Positions 28,012 through 38,294 of a stretch of DNA of 64,000 nucleotides are shown piece after piece. Made by a program: the position numbers and the translations under genes. Position 1 is the first letter of the stretch. Every line of letters starts with the position of its first letter. The notes beneath the pieces are model-generated. The model was not told the origin of the DNA. It searched no databases and saw only the letters and a program-made list of their open reading frames with translations. The DNA lies in IMG/VR virus record IMGVR_UViG_3300042885_000725, positions 5,591 through 69,590 of that record, one strand, 5' to 3'. Origin of the DNA: a virus.

Positions 28012-28464
28012 ATGCAAAGAATGTTAAAGAGACCAGGTGCAACTAAAGCAAGTAGTGAATATGCTACTGCTCCAGCTAATGGTAATGTAGAATCCCTTAC
28101 AGCAGCTTGTGTAAGTGAATTAATGAATGCTGCAACAAGTTTCCACAAGTTACATTTAAAAGTAACTGGTACAGGATCATATGCTGCACACAAAGCTCTT
28201 AATGATTTATATGATGCTTTACCTGGACATGCTGATGATTTAGCAGAAGGTTTCCAAGGTGCTAGTGAAAAACTATTATCTTATGGAGAAGCTGCTCCTA
28301 GAAAACTAGATACTGTTGCTGACGGTATTGATTATTTAAAAGATATGTGTGATATGGTATGTAAGTTGCAAGACAAAATGCCTTACTCAGAAATTGTAAA
28401 TGATCTTGACACAATCAAATCAACTATGAATTCTGCAAAATATAAATTACTTTTCTTAAAATAA
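28012..28464 (+). CDS. Dps/ferritin-like protein (DUF5856-like)
   Basis: FHKLHLKVTG.GSYAAHKAL..LYD......DDLAEGFQG...YKL.FL four-helix-bundle signature. Confidence 0.75.
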   Translation: MQRMLKRPGATKASSEYATAPANGNVESLTAACVSELMNAATSFHKLHLKVTGTGSYAAHKALNDLYDALPGHADDLAEGFQGASEKLLSYGEAAPRKLDTVADGIDYLKDMCDMVCKLQDKMPYSEIVNDLDTIKSTMNSAKYKLLFLK

Positions 28465-28530
28465 TTTTGATATTATAAAAACTTTTACTATATTATAAAT
28501 AGTGTTATTTATTAATTAAAACAAAAAACA

Positions 28531-30117
28531 ATGAGTTATTTTAATCATGCATTTCAAAAATCCTTTGTAGGAGTTAATGCTCTAGCTCCAATGGGGCAAG
28601 GTTACACCGCGTTAAATCAAGGTGTATTAGGAACTAAAGGAAACATTTTAGCAGCTGGACAGTATGCTTTTGTTAATCCTAAAACTTGGTTAGTTCAACC
28701 AACTACATTTTCTGGTACTGGATGTTGCCCATTAATTTTGGCTTCTGGTTCATTATTTTCAAAAGATAAAATTGGACCTTTCCATGGTGGATATTTAGAG
28801 TCTAATAAATCTAAAGAAATTAATCCAAAATATGTAAGCAAATTTTATTTTGCTCCTTCTTGTCCAGCATCTCAAAATGTTATCCATGTTGGATATACTC
28901 CATTTACAGATGATCAAGTGTTAACACTTACAATCAGTGCTGCTGGTGCAAACATTACAGATGGTGTTTACAATGAAGTTGAATTTTCTGGTGGTTCAGG
29001 TTCTGGATTTATTGCTAAAGTTACTGTTGTTGGCGGTGTAGCTACTGTAGTAGAAATTGTTAATGGTGGTACAGGTTATGCAGTAAGTGATTCATTAACT
29101 TCTATTGCTGGTCAATTATTATCTAACGGATCTCCTGTTACAGAAGTTCAGTTAAGTGTTGCTACAGCTGGTGCTAAACAAGGTTGTGAAAAAGAATTTT
29201 TATGTGGTGAAACTTATAACTTACGTTTAGATATTAAAGGTTCTCCAGCATTAAGATTTTTAAATCACAATGCTTACTTAACATTAACTGCTTACACAGG
29301 ATGTTGTCCAGCTGGATCAATTTCTCCAGTAGCAGTTGATTCAACTGAAGTATTTATCAAATGGGCACAACAAATTGTTGACTCTCCATTGATTTCTCCA
29401 TTTGTTTATCCTGTAGTTTCTGCTGAAAATAAATCATTATGGTACAAACCAGGAACTGATACATCTGCATTAACTCCTCCAACGGGTTACACAATTGGTG
29501 GTACTTGGGATCATTATGTATCTCCAGGACATTCAAATGGTGATTACGCAGGTATGACATTATTTGGTGCTTATGTAGATACTAAATTTGGTGATTGTAC
29601 ATTCCAAGTTTCTGACTTCTATGAAAAAGAACCAGTAAGATTATATGCTTCTGAGGTTGACTTAAATGGTGATCCATGTGACTTCCAAGGATTGTGTGTA
29701 GTTACTGAGTGTCAAGGAAGACAAGCTAATGGTTTAGGTGAAACTGTATTGAGAGATGTAATTCTTTCAGAAAGATACAGACAAAACTTCTTCCATTCTG
29801 ACTTCCGTATCCGTGAGATTACTCAAGGAAACCAAATGTTAAATGTTATTGATAGAGATTTGTCTTACAACAGATTTTATATCCAACATCATGTTCCACG
29901 TTTCAACAATGCATCTAGTACTTTTGACAATGATCAATACTTATTAGAAGTTATTGTTGCATCTGATGTAACTCCAACAGATGGTGCACAAGGACAAGCT
30001 TTTACTAACTTTGTTGAAAACTGGTTAAATGCTTGTGGAAATAACTGTGATGGTTTAGAAACATTTGAATGTGGTTCAGACTGTACTCCAGTTATAGATA
30101 TTCCTGAGACAATCTAA
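28531..30117 (+). CDS. abundant structural protein (auxiliary capsid/decoration-like)
   Basis: Has its own TATATTA motif and terminator, biased codons, crAss-like synteny; inserted GGSGSG..VNGGTGY domain. Confidence 0.6.
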   Translation: MSYFNHAFQKSFVGVNALAPMGQGYTALNQGVLGTKGNILAAGQYAFVNPKTWLVQPTTFSGTGCCPLILASGSLFSKDKIGPFHGGYLESNKSKEINPKYVSKFYFAPSCPASQNVIHVGYTPFTDDQVLTLTISAAGANITDGVYNEVEFSGGSGSGFIAKVTVVGGVATVVEIVNGGTGYAVSDSLTSIAGQLLSNGSPVTEVQLSVATAGAKQGCEKEFLCGETYNLRLDIKGSPALRFLNHNAYLTLTAYTGCCPAGSISPVAVDSTEVFIKWAQQIVDSPLISPFVYPVVSAENKSLWYKPGTDTSALTPPTGYTIGGTWDHYVSPGHSNGDYAGMTLFGAYVDTKFGDCTFQVSDFYEKEPVRLYASEVDLNGDPCDFQGLCVVTECQGRQANGLGETVLRDVILSERYRQNFFHSDFRIREITQGNQMLNVIDRDLSYNRFYIQHHVPRFNNASSTFDNDQYLLEVIVASDVTPTDGAQGQAFTNFVENWLNACGNNCDGLETFECGSDCTPVIDIPETI

Positions 30118-30137
30118 TAGAAAAAAATAATAACTTT

Positions 30138-30177
30138 AAAAGGAGAGTGAGAGTTTCAAACTCTTCTCTCCTTTTTT
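30138..30177 (+). terminator. Rho-independent terminator
   Basis: AAAAGGAGAG.GAGAGTT / AACTCTT.CTCTCCTTTT. Confidence 0.85.
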
Positions 30178-30190
30178 ATTTTAAGGAATT

Positions 30191-30760
30191 ATGGCAAATC
30201 ATATATTAAGTTTAGATATACCTACGGTAACAAATACCTGTGTAATGAAGATCTTTGATACTAGTGTGTATCAAACTGAATCTCCTAATATTCCTATTGT
30301 ATGTCCTACACTGACTATTACTGTACCAGGTTTTAGTACCTCAGTAGAAATTATTGGACAAAAGATGTTAGATTTTGTTGAGACAGGTCATATTAATTTA
30401 ACGGCTTGTGATCTTGGATTACAAACTCAAAACTGTGGAACAGACTTTGTTAATATACCAGATGGTATTTATGCAATTAAGTACAGTGTTTCACCAAACA
30501 ATTTAGTTTTTGCTGAGTATAATTATTTAAGAATTTCTCAAGCATTAAATAAATATTACAAAGTATTATGTAATATTGATCTGGCAGCATGTGATCCTCC
30601 AGCAAAGATTAAGGAGAAATTAGAGAAGCTAAGATTGATAAAAATGTATTTAGAATCTGCTAAGTCAAAAGTAGAATTTTGTCATGAAGCTCAAAAAGGA
30701 ATGAGTTTATATAACTACGCATTAAAACTTTTGAATAAATTTGAATGTAATAATTGTTAA
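30191..30760 (+). CDS. putative tail hub/collar protein
   Basis: IPDGIYAIKYSVSP motif; synteny with crAss-like hub genes. Confidence 0.55.
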   Translation: MANHILSLDIPTVTNTCVMKIFDTSVYQTESPNIPIVCPTLTITVPGFSTSVEIIGQKMLDFVETGHINLTACDLGLQTQNCGTDFVNIPDGIYAIKYSVSPNNLVFAEYNYLRISQALNKYYKVLCNIDLAACDPPAKIKEKLEKLRLIKMYLESAKSKVEFCHEAQKGMSLYNYALKLLNKFECNNC

Positions 30761-30780
30761 ACTTTTAAAAAACCAACAAA

Positions 30781-30969
30781 ATGAATTGTAATAATTGTAA
30801 TGCAAGAATGTCTTGCGGATGTCAAAAAAGAAGAGCTAGTGATGGAACATCTTGTTGCTCAAGTTGTTTAGCCTTTTATGAAAAAAAATTACAGGCAGAA
30901 AAAGAAATAAAAACTATCAATGCGCCAAATAATACTTTGGGTGCTGATAGATACACATCAAATAAATAA
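30781..30969 (+). CDS. small Cys-rich protein
   Basis: CNNC..CGC..CCSSC in 62 aa. Confidence 0.7.
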   Translation: MNCNNCNARMSCGCQKRRASDGTSCCSSCLAFYEKKLQAEKEIKTINAPNNTLGADRYTSNK

Positions 30970-30977
30970 ATAAAAAA

Positions 30978-32900
30978 ATGGCAGGATTATCACCACCAGA
31001 AGTTGAATATTTAGATTGCATGGGTCGTGTAATAAATGTTACACCAAACCCTGTTATTCCAAATACACCTGTTACAGGAACAGTTACTATTCCTTACACG
31101 GGTGGTAATGGTCAAACGTATTCTTCAGATGTAATAAATTCAACATATAATACAGGTTTAATAGCAACACTAGTACCGGGTGTTTTATCTAATGGTACAG
31201 GAGGAACTATTGTATTTAATATAAGCGGACAAGTTGCAACTAGTGGAACAACTGCAGTATTTAGTTTTTCATTTGGGGGGCAGTTTTGTGATTTTGGAAT
31301 TCAAGTTCCTGAATATTATCCTCAAGGTAATCAGTGGTATGTATTGTATCCTTGTTATAACAATGATTCAGATTTAAAAGTTTTATTTTCAAAAGCTACA
31401 GCATTAGCTGATCATGTAAATGAAAGTAGATATTTACACTGGGGTGAATGTTTAAATCTACCACCTGATTTTTATGAACCTTGTGGATGTTATAAAATTA
31501 AGAAATGGACAGGACCTACACCAACAAAAAACTTATATCCAAACATAAATGAGAATAATATTGACATTAGTGATAACTGTAATGATTGTAATTCATATTG
31601 TTTAAGTGTTGATGGTTCAGGTACTGTGTCTTATATATCTAGTGAAGATCAACAGGTAACAACAAATCTTCCGGCATTAATTTGTACTAAAACTGCATTA
31701 TTCACACCATCAACAGCTTCTCCTACAGTAATAGAATTATCTGAATGTAGTTCTTCTGAAGATTGTCAAATTGAATGTTATAAATTAACCAATTGTAAAA
31801 CTGGTCAAATTATACATAGTAATAGTAAACCACTATTTGCTCCATTTGCAGGAAGTGAAATTGTAGAACTCTATGAATATGAAGGTTGCTGGAGTGTTGA
31901 AATGGGAGATGATTGTGAATGTCTAGTAGATGTAACAATTAAAAATTCATATGTAGATTGTATTACTTGTTTACCTATTGTAGCTTACAGATTAGTAAAC
32001 TGTGAAGATGAGAATCAAGTAAAATATACAGAACAAGATTTATTAATTTATGTTGATAAAGTTGTTACACTTGATTGTGGTGATTGTTGGACTGTAGAGC
32101 AAATAGATTTTAAACCACCTTCAGTACAAAATATAGTTATAACATATACTTATGATACATGTATAGAATGTTCTAGAGCATATTGGATATTATATGATTG
32201 TGCAGGTGAATTAGAACCAATTACTACATATACAGATTTATCTGAAAGTTATGCTTTAAATAATATTTTAAGACTTGTAGGTTATCCAAGCTGTTGGTCA
32301 ATTCAAACATCACCTACACCAGATTTTGAAAATGCTTTAGATATTGTAGTAGCAAAACAATTTGAAGAATGTGCTGATTGTTTAGCAGCAACAGTATGTA
32401 AGTGTACTAGAGTAACTTCTTTATTAACTACAGAAGATGCTAGTTTTACATATATAGATTGTTTTGATAACTTACACACTATTACTTTAGGAGCAGGTGA
32501 ATCTTCAGCAAAGTTTTGCTCAAGTAGATTTACAAATATTTCATCAACTGACTTTAAAGTAAAATATACTGGTGAATGTGTTGATGATCCAAACACTACA
32601 AATAATAAAACTTGTCCTGTTGATATAAAGGGTAGATTAATCAGACCAGGTTATAAAGCTCCTGTAGCTAATGCAGATAAATTTGAAAGAGTAACTTGTG
32701 AAACAGCTGAAGTATTATACAAACAAGTATTACAACAAAGATATGGTATAAGCAATTGTTGTCCAGAAGATGATGAAAATTTAATTCTTAAAAAAGAAGT
32801 CATTGATTTAGAAGCTTTAAATGATCCAGATTTTGATTGTCCCTTACCATCTGCTTGTTGTGCACCTTCACAATGTAGCTGTGGAAATTGCATAAGTTAA
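30978..32900 (+). CDS. Cys-rich repeat structural protein
   Basis: Several Y.L.(N/D)C...CW.V...Y..C..C repeats of about 70 aa; N-terminal PYTGGNG domain. Confidence 0.7.
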   Translation: MAGLSPPEVEYLDCMGRVINVTPNPVIPNTPVTGTVTIPYTGGNGQTYSSDVINSTYNTGLIATLVPGVLSNGTGGTIVFNISGQVATSGTTAVFSFSFGGQFCDFGIQVPEYYPQGNQWYVLYPCYNNDSDLKVLFSKATALADHVNESRYLHWGECLNLPPDFYEPCGCYKIKKWTGPTPTKNLYPNINENNIDISDNCNDCNSYCLSVDGSGTVSYISSEDQQVTTNLPALICTKTALFTPSTASPTVIELSECSSSEDCQIECYKLTNCKTGQIIHSNSKPLFAPFAGSEIVELYEYEGCWSVEMGDDCECLVDVTIKNSYVDCITCLPIVAYRLVNCEDENQVKYTEQDLLIYVDKVVTLDCGDCWTVEQIDFKPPSVQNIVITYTYDTCIECSRAYWILYDCAGELEPITTYTDLSESYALNNILRLVGYPSCWSIQTSPTPDFENALDIVVAKQFEECADCLAATVCKCTRVTSLLTTEDASFTYIDCFDNLHTITLGAGESSAKFCSSRFTNISSTDFKVKYTGECVDDPNTTNNKTCPVDIKGRLIRPGYKAPVANADKFERVTCETAEVLYKQVLQQRYGISNCCPEDDENLILKKEVIDLEALNDPDFDCPLPSACCAPSQCSCGNCIS

Positions 32901-32934
32901 TAATATTTTGTATATTAAAATAAGAAGTAAAGAT

Positions 32935-34038
32935 ATGAAACCACTTAATTTAGATAGTAGCCCTTGTAGTCCGGTATCAAGTAACTGTGTTATTTGGCAA
33001 GGACCAAATATTCCTTGTATAAAATTATGTACAGGAGATACAATTACTGATGTAGTACATGCATTAGCTACACAATTATGTAATATAGTTGATGAAACTA
33101 ATATTTCTACATTAGACTTATCTTGTTTGAATATTGGAACAGGTAGACCAAGTAATATTAATCAGTTACTTCAAATCTTAATTGACAAAATATGTGAATT
33201 AAATAATGTTACTCCTACAACACCAAAGCGTGGTTCATGTCCTACAGATTGTATTGTACCAGTAGCAGCATGTTTACAAACAGGAGGTCAAACAACAATG
33301 AAGTTGTTGGATTATGTACAATTAATTGGTAATACTATTTGTTCACTTTTAGATAGTATTACTACAATAAATAATTCAATTACAGATTTAACTGTAAGAG
33401 TAACAGAGTTAGAATCAATACCTCCTACACCTCCTTACATACTTCCTGAAGTTGCACCAGATTGTAATTTATCAGCAAATGTTAGGGCGCAAGTTAGGTA
33501 TCCAATAAATATTGTTCTTGAAGCATTAATAAATGATGACTTTAATGGTTATTGTGCATTACTTTCAACAACAGGTTTACCAGGAGATATTGAAACAGCT
33601 TATACTTCTCAAACTGTAGATGGTACAAATTCTTCATTATCTGACTGTAATGTAACATTAAATCAATTATTTTCTGCAACTTGGATAAATAACCCAAGTA
33701 ATTTAAGTGAAAGTTTTATTGACTTATGGTTAACTGTTCAAGATCTTAGAAATGCGTATAAAACATATTTAGTTACAGCTGAGGATTCTACAATGGTTGT
33801 TACAACAGAAACAACTACTACTTCATGTGGACCTCAAGTTAATTTTAAAATTAAATCTAACATCCCAGCTGGAAAATCTGGTAGAGGTATTGCTGTGTTT
33901 TCACAAACTACAGAACCTACAGCAACAGATTTTAATACTCAGTATGCAAATAAAGAAGGATTTACTGTTAACTTTATACCAGGAAATAATCAAATTAAAC
34001 CTGGTGATATTTGGATTGAACCTTGTAGTAGATCATAA
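32935..34038 (+). CDS. Cys-rich fibre-like structural protein (start revised to ATG 32935)
   Basis: CSPVSSNCVIWQG..IPC..LC domain plus coiled coil; follows a TATATTA motif. Confidence 0.7.
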   Translation: MKPLNLDSSPCSPVSSNCVIWQGPNIPCIKLCTGDTITDVVHALATQLCNIVDETNISTLDLSCLNIGTGRPSNINQLLQILIDKICELNNVTPTTPKRGSCPTDCIVPVAACLQTGGQTTMKLLDYVQLIGNTICSLLDSITTINNSITDLTVRVTELESIPPTPPYILPEVAPDCNLSANVRAQVRYPINIVLEALINDDFNGYCALLSTTGLPGDIETAYTSQTVDGTNSSLSDCNVTLNQLFSATWINNPSNLSESFIDLWLTVQDLRNAYKTYLVTAEDSTMVVTTETTTTSCGPQVNFKIKSNIPAGKSGRGIAVFSQTTEPTATDFNTQYANKEGFTVNFIPGNNQIKPGDIWIEPCSRS

Positions 34039-34050
34039 ATAAAATAAAAA

Positions 34051-35625
34051 ATGGGAAGATATAAAGTATTTAAAGGTACAGAATGGGTTGACATATGTGA
34101 CTGCCAAGTTAATATAAGAAATGCAAATAATGACTGGCAATTATTAGACCCTAGAAACTGTCCTACAAGGTATTGGACAGGTACTGAATGGTGTGATATT
34201 ACATGTGGTTGTGTTTGTGCAAGTGGTTACATATTGAATCCTTCAACAGGTGAGTGTGAACAAAAAGCAACAATACCTGCTACAATAACAGGAGGTGTTA
34301 CTTATCCTATTATTGGAGGATATAGAACTATATATTATTCACGTTATGGTGCTGCATTATATCCTAATATAACAAATATGACACTTCCTGTACAAGGTGT
34401 GCAAGTAGGTGGTGGTTCATATACACTTTATCAAAGTCCTTATCCAGGTTCAATATTAACTAAGACTTTATCTGTTGCTGGTAACCAAATATTTGATCCA
34501 AGTAATACAATTACTAAAGGTAGATTAAATATATCAAGTATTTGGGGAAACGGTTATGGTGTAGGTATATGGCTCACTGTAAGATTTTGTGTTAATATTT
34601 CTACAACTAAAACATATATTTTTGCTATTGCTGCAGATAATCAAGTAAAAGCTAATATAACATCAACTACATTTAGAGGAGGTGTGACTAACTTTAATCT
34701 TGTAAATCTTTGGGCAGGTTATTCACCAAATGTTACTAACTCGTCTGTTTCAGGACCGTTTGATTATTGGCATATGTTTCCTATTGATTTACCTGCAGGG
34801 GATCACGTATTTGAATTATCTGGATATAATATAGTAGACCAATATGCTTTTGGAGGTGAAATTTATGATATATCTGTTAATGATTTACAAACTTTAATGG
34901 CATCTACAACAGCAACACCTGCTGACTTTGATCCGTATGTTATATTTTCAACAAAAGATTTAGTTCAAACTCCTCCGTTAGTGTTACCTGGTCCTAATCA
35001 ACCAGGTCTTACATATAGTTGCCCAACAGGTTATACTTTTACAGATTGTGAGGGAGCACCTAAATGTACTATTGATAATCATTATCCATGCGAGGGTGTA
35101 CTAAAATGTTCAAGTGGTAGTTTAACGGGTTCAGGTGGAGCTGGTATTTATAAGGTACCTTTACTTGTAGCAGCAAATGTATGTGATGTACAAATTACAT
35201 TTAGTGTACGTAGTGTTCCTGATTCATTAGCAATAATGGATTTTAATGAAACTATCTACTATGCACAAACTGGTTATTTTGGTAGTGTTAATTTTATACC
35301 ACCTACAGGTTCTTATACTTTTGGTCCTACACTATCACAAAAAATTTATACTTATAGTCCAGGATCTTATGGTAACTTTATAGTAGATACAACGGCTCCA
35401 GATCAAACATTAGAAATAATAGCACAACAGTTTCCTGTTACAAATACTGATCCTGATAAAATACCACTTGCATGGGATCCTGCTATTCCAAATCAAACTG
35501 CAAGAACTATAACATGGAATAAAGGTGTTACAGCTAGTGATGTTTTAGTAATGATCAGAATTGTAGGTCATCCAACTGAGGATACAGCTTGGGATATACA
35601 AACATTAACTTGTGTAAATTGTTAA
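34051..35625 (+). CDS. Cys-rich fibre/adhesin-like protein
   Basis: CASGY/CPTGY repeats flanking a beta-rich domain (YIFAIAADN..HMFPIDL.AG.H). Confidence 0.65.
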   Translation: MGRYKVFKGTEWVDICDCQVNIRNANNDWQLLDPRNCPTRYWTGTEWCDITCGCVCASGYILNPSTGECEQKATIPATITGGVTYPIIGGYRTIYYSRYGAALYPNITNMTLPVQGVQVGGGSYTLYQSPYPGSILTKTLSVAGNQIFDPSNTITKGRLNISSIWGNGYGVGIWLTVRFCVNISTTKTYIFAIAADNQVKANITSTTFRGGVTNFNLVNLWAGYSPNVTNSSVSGPFDYWHMFPIDLPAGDHVFELSGYNIVDQYAFGGEIYDISVNDLQTLMASTTATPADFDPYVIFSTKDLVQTPPLVLPGPNQPGLTYSCPTGYTFTDCEGAPKCTIDNHYPCEGVLKCSSGSLTGSGGAGIYKVPLLVAANVCDVQITFSVRSVPDSLAIMDFNETIYYAQTGYFGSVNFIPPTGSYTFGPTLSQKIYTYSPGSYGNFIVDTTAPDQTLEIIAQQFPVTNTDPDKIPLAWDPAIPNQTARTITWNKGVTASDVLVMIRIVGHPTEDTAWDIQTLTCVNC

Positions 35626-35641
35626 CATAATAATTAAAAAA

Positions 35642-36232
35642 ATGAAAAATAACTGTCAAGACTGCGGTTGTGATGATACACTTCCAATAGGACCTTGTTT
35701 AGATCCTACAGGATGTCCTGAGCCTGATAAATGTGATAACACATTTGACTTAGGTTGCATTACTTATACAGGAGAACCATTAACATGTGGTGGTCAGACA
35801 TTATTAGATACTAATGATTCTCTTGAAACAGGATTACTTAATATTACAGATAAAATTTGTGATAGTCTAGATACAAGTGTTGCATTTTTTGATGTTACAT
35901 TTACTCAACCACAAGCATTAAGATTAGTAGCAAATGTTTCAGGTGGTGTTGCGCCTTATACATATCAGTGGACTGCAGAAAAAAGCAATGTTCCTACAGG
36001 ACTGATTATATCAGGATCAACAAATACAAGCATATTAAACTTTACATCACCTAATCAAAATTTATCTAAAGGTTCAAGACTTTCTGTTCAAACTATAAAT
36101 ACAAATAAACCATGGATGTATAGACACGCCTTTATACATTTAAAATTAAAAATTACTGATAGCACAAATAAAACTAGTTATAAAAATTATGTATATTATA
36201 CATTACAACCACAAACTGATTTTAGACAGTAA
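35642..36232 (+). CDS. Cys-rich structural protein
   Basis: C..P..C....D..CI.YTG domain plus GGVAPYTYQW (SprB-like). Confidence 0.65.
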   Translation: MKNNCQDCGCDDTLPIGPCLDPTGCPEPDKCDNTFDLGCITYTGEPLTCGGQTLLDTNDSLETGLLNITDKICDSLDTSVAFFDVTFTQPQALRLVANVSGGVAPYTYQWTAEKSNVPTGLIISGSTNTSILNFTSPNQNLSKGSRLSVQTINTNKPWMYRHAFIHLKLKITDSTNKTSYKNYVYYTLQPQTDFRQ

Positions 36233-36277
36233 ATAAAAAAATTAATTAATAACTTTATAAAGTAAATATTATATACT

Positions 36278-37654
36278 ATGCCGGCTTGCAAAAATTGTGG
36301 TGGAAGTAACAATAAAGTAGTTTATAACTACACACCTAAGATACATACTATATGTCCTTCACCTGCTGGTTGTCCTGATGACAACAAGTGTTCGGAAATA
36401 TTAGATGCTGCTTGTGTTCAATATACAGGAAATGATATTATTAAATGTTCTACAGAAGATGTTGTTATTCAATATGATTCTGCAGAAGAAGCTTTTGTAA
36501 AAATAATAGATTTACTTTGTGAAAAGTTACCTCAACCTATATCATCTTTGTTTGCTGATATTGTAGAAGAAACTGATGAAAACGGATTCCCTAAATTAAG
36601 TGCTATTGCTGTTAATGGAGTAGGTCCATACACATATGAATGGAAATTAAAAAATGATAAACTTGCTCCACATTACATAGAAGGAAGTAATACACAAGTT
36701 TCATTAAGATTAAACTGTTTAGGTGAAAATGGTTTTAATGTAAATTTTCCTGAAGATACAGAAGATCCTTTATACAATATAAAGGTATCAAATGTATATT
36801 TAAAAATTACTGATGCAACAAATGCTACTGCATTTACACATTATGATTATATCTATAACTGTTACTTACCAGTGGCTAATGATCCTATAGAACAAGAATA
36901 CATAGGTTCAGAAAAAATGTACTTTTGGGAGTATGCGGATCATCCTATAGTAATGACATTTGTATTTCAAGATGATATAACTGAACTACCAACATGTGAA
37001 TCAGTTAAAACTTTTAATTGTGATGGAGACTATGCTACTGAATACAGAGAAAAAAGAGATCAGCTTTTAAAAGACATGAATGAAAATGCTTTGAGTTATG
37101 GTGCTGGTGATCGAAATATATTCCCTCCTTATTTTAGATCTTTAGACTATAGTATTTGGGAAAGAGATGGAATGGGTACACAAGTATATGCAGGTTTACA
37201 ACATATTGGTAAAATAATAAATGTACAAAAAGGTTGTCCAACATGTTCTTTTTCTTATTATTGGAATAGACCTATGCCAAGTTATAATAATAAATCAATG
37301 GCAGAAAGATACCCGGAAAGTGAATATCCGTGTACATCTTTAAATTCTTATCCTAAGCTTTATCAAACTATAGAAGAATATCCTCCAGGTCAATGGGGTG
37401 ATATTTTAAAACTTGCGTTTGGTACTGAACCTGGTCCTGACTATATGTGGGATCCAATTGATAATGTTTGGAGTATAACTTTATATGAAGAAGGTGTTGC
37501 AGATATACATACAACTATGCGCGCTAAGAGAGATGCCTGGTTAAAATCTCTTAATGAAATGTGTTTAGCACAAACACCTTTTACACTAGCAAATGATTAT
37601 ATAGGATTGCATTTATATAAATATGCACAAATGAAACCTTATTATATAAATTAA
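36278..37654 (+). CDS. Cys-rich structural protein, pair 1 large subunit
   Basis: CSEILDAACVQYTG and GVGPYTYEW; paralog of 38295. Confidence 0.7.
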   Translation: MPACKNCGGSNNKVVYNYTPKIHTICPSPAGCPDDNKCSEILDAACVQYTGNDIIKCSTEDVVIQYDSAEEAFVKIIDLLCEKLPQPISSLFADIVEETDENGFPKLSAIAVNGVGPYTYEWKLKNDKLAPHYIEGSNTQVSLRLNCLGENGFNVNFPEDTEDPLYNIKVSNVYLKITDATNATAFTHYDYIYNCYLPVANDPIEQEYIGSEKMYFWEYADHPIVMTFVFQDDITELPTCESVKTFNCDGDYATEYREKRDQLLKDMNENALSYGAGDRNIFPPYFRSLDYSIWERDGMGTQVYAGLQHIGKIINVQKGCPTCSFSYYWNRPMPSYNNKSMAERYPESEYPCTSLNSYPKLYQTIEEYPPGQWGDILKLAFGTEPGPDYMWDPIDNVWSITLYEEGVADIHTTMRAKRDAWLKSLNEMCLAQTPFTLANDYIGLHLYKYAQMKPYYIN

Positions 37655-37659
37655 ATATT

Positions 37660-38289
37660 ATGAGCTTATTAAAAAATATTGATATTTGGAAAGGTATTAT
37701 ACCTAGAGTATGCAATTTTGATCTTGAGGATTATTGTCTTATTGGTCTTGTTGGTAATAATACTACAGGTATGAATGGTGTACAACCTGATAATTCTTTT
37801 TTTCCAGACGGTCTATTTACTTCAGCAAGAGCTACAGCAGATGCTTATATAAAAGCTGTTAATGAATTTATTTTAGCTACTATGTCTCATTACACAGATG
37901 GCGAAGATGATGATGGTAATCCTTATCCAACTTGTGTAACAGAAGCTGAATGGAATGCTATGTGGAATTTAATAAATGGTCCAGATGGACCTAATATAAA
38001 ATTTAAAGAAATGGATATTAAAAGATCATTGTTTTTTAATTCCTTAATGCCTAATTCTTTTAAAAGAACTGATGTTGATAATACCAGGCGTATAATCTAT
38101 TATGTTAGACCTTATGAAGGTCCAAATGATAATGTACTAATTCCTTATAGTATTGATTACAGTACTTTATTATATCCTACACAACAAGCATATCTTGAGT
38201 GTACTAAAGCAGTAAGAGATTTAAATCAGTCAGTAAAAAGAATAATGAAGGCACTTAACAATGATTCATTTCCATTAAACCAACCTTAA
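37660..38289 (+). CDS. hypothetical protein, pair 1 small subunit
   Basis: KNI.(I/V)W...IPRVCNFD.EDY shared with 39709. Confidence 0.7.
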   Translation: MSLLKNIDIWKGIIPRVCNFDLEDYCLIGLVGNNTTGMNGVQPDNSFFPDGLFTSARATADAYIKAVNEFILATMSHYTDGEDDDGNPYPTCVTEAEWNAMWNLINGPDGPNIKFKEMDIKRSLFFNSLMPNSFKRTDVDNTRRIIYYVRPYEGPNDNVLIPYSIDYSTLLYPTQQAYLECTKAVRDLNQSVKRIMKALNNDSFPLNQP

Positions 38290-38294
38290 TATTT

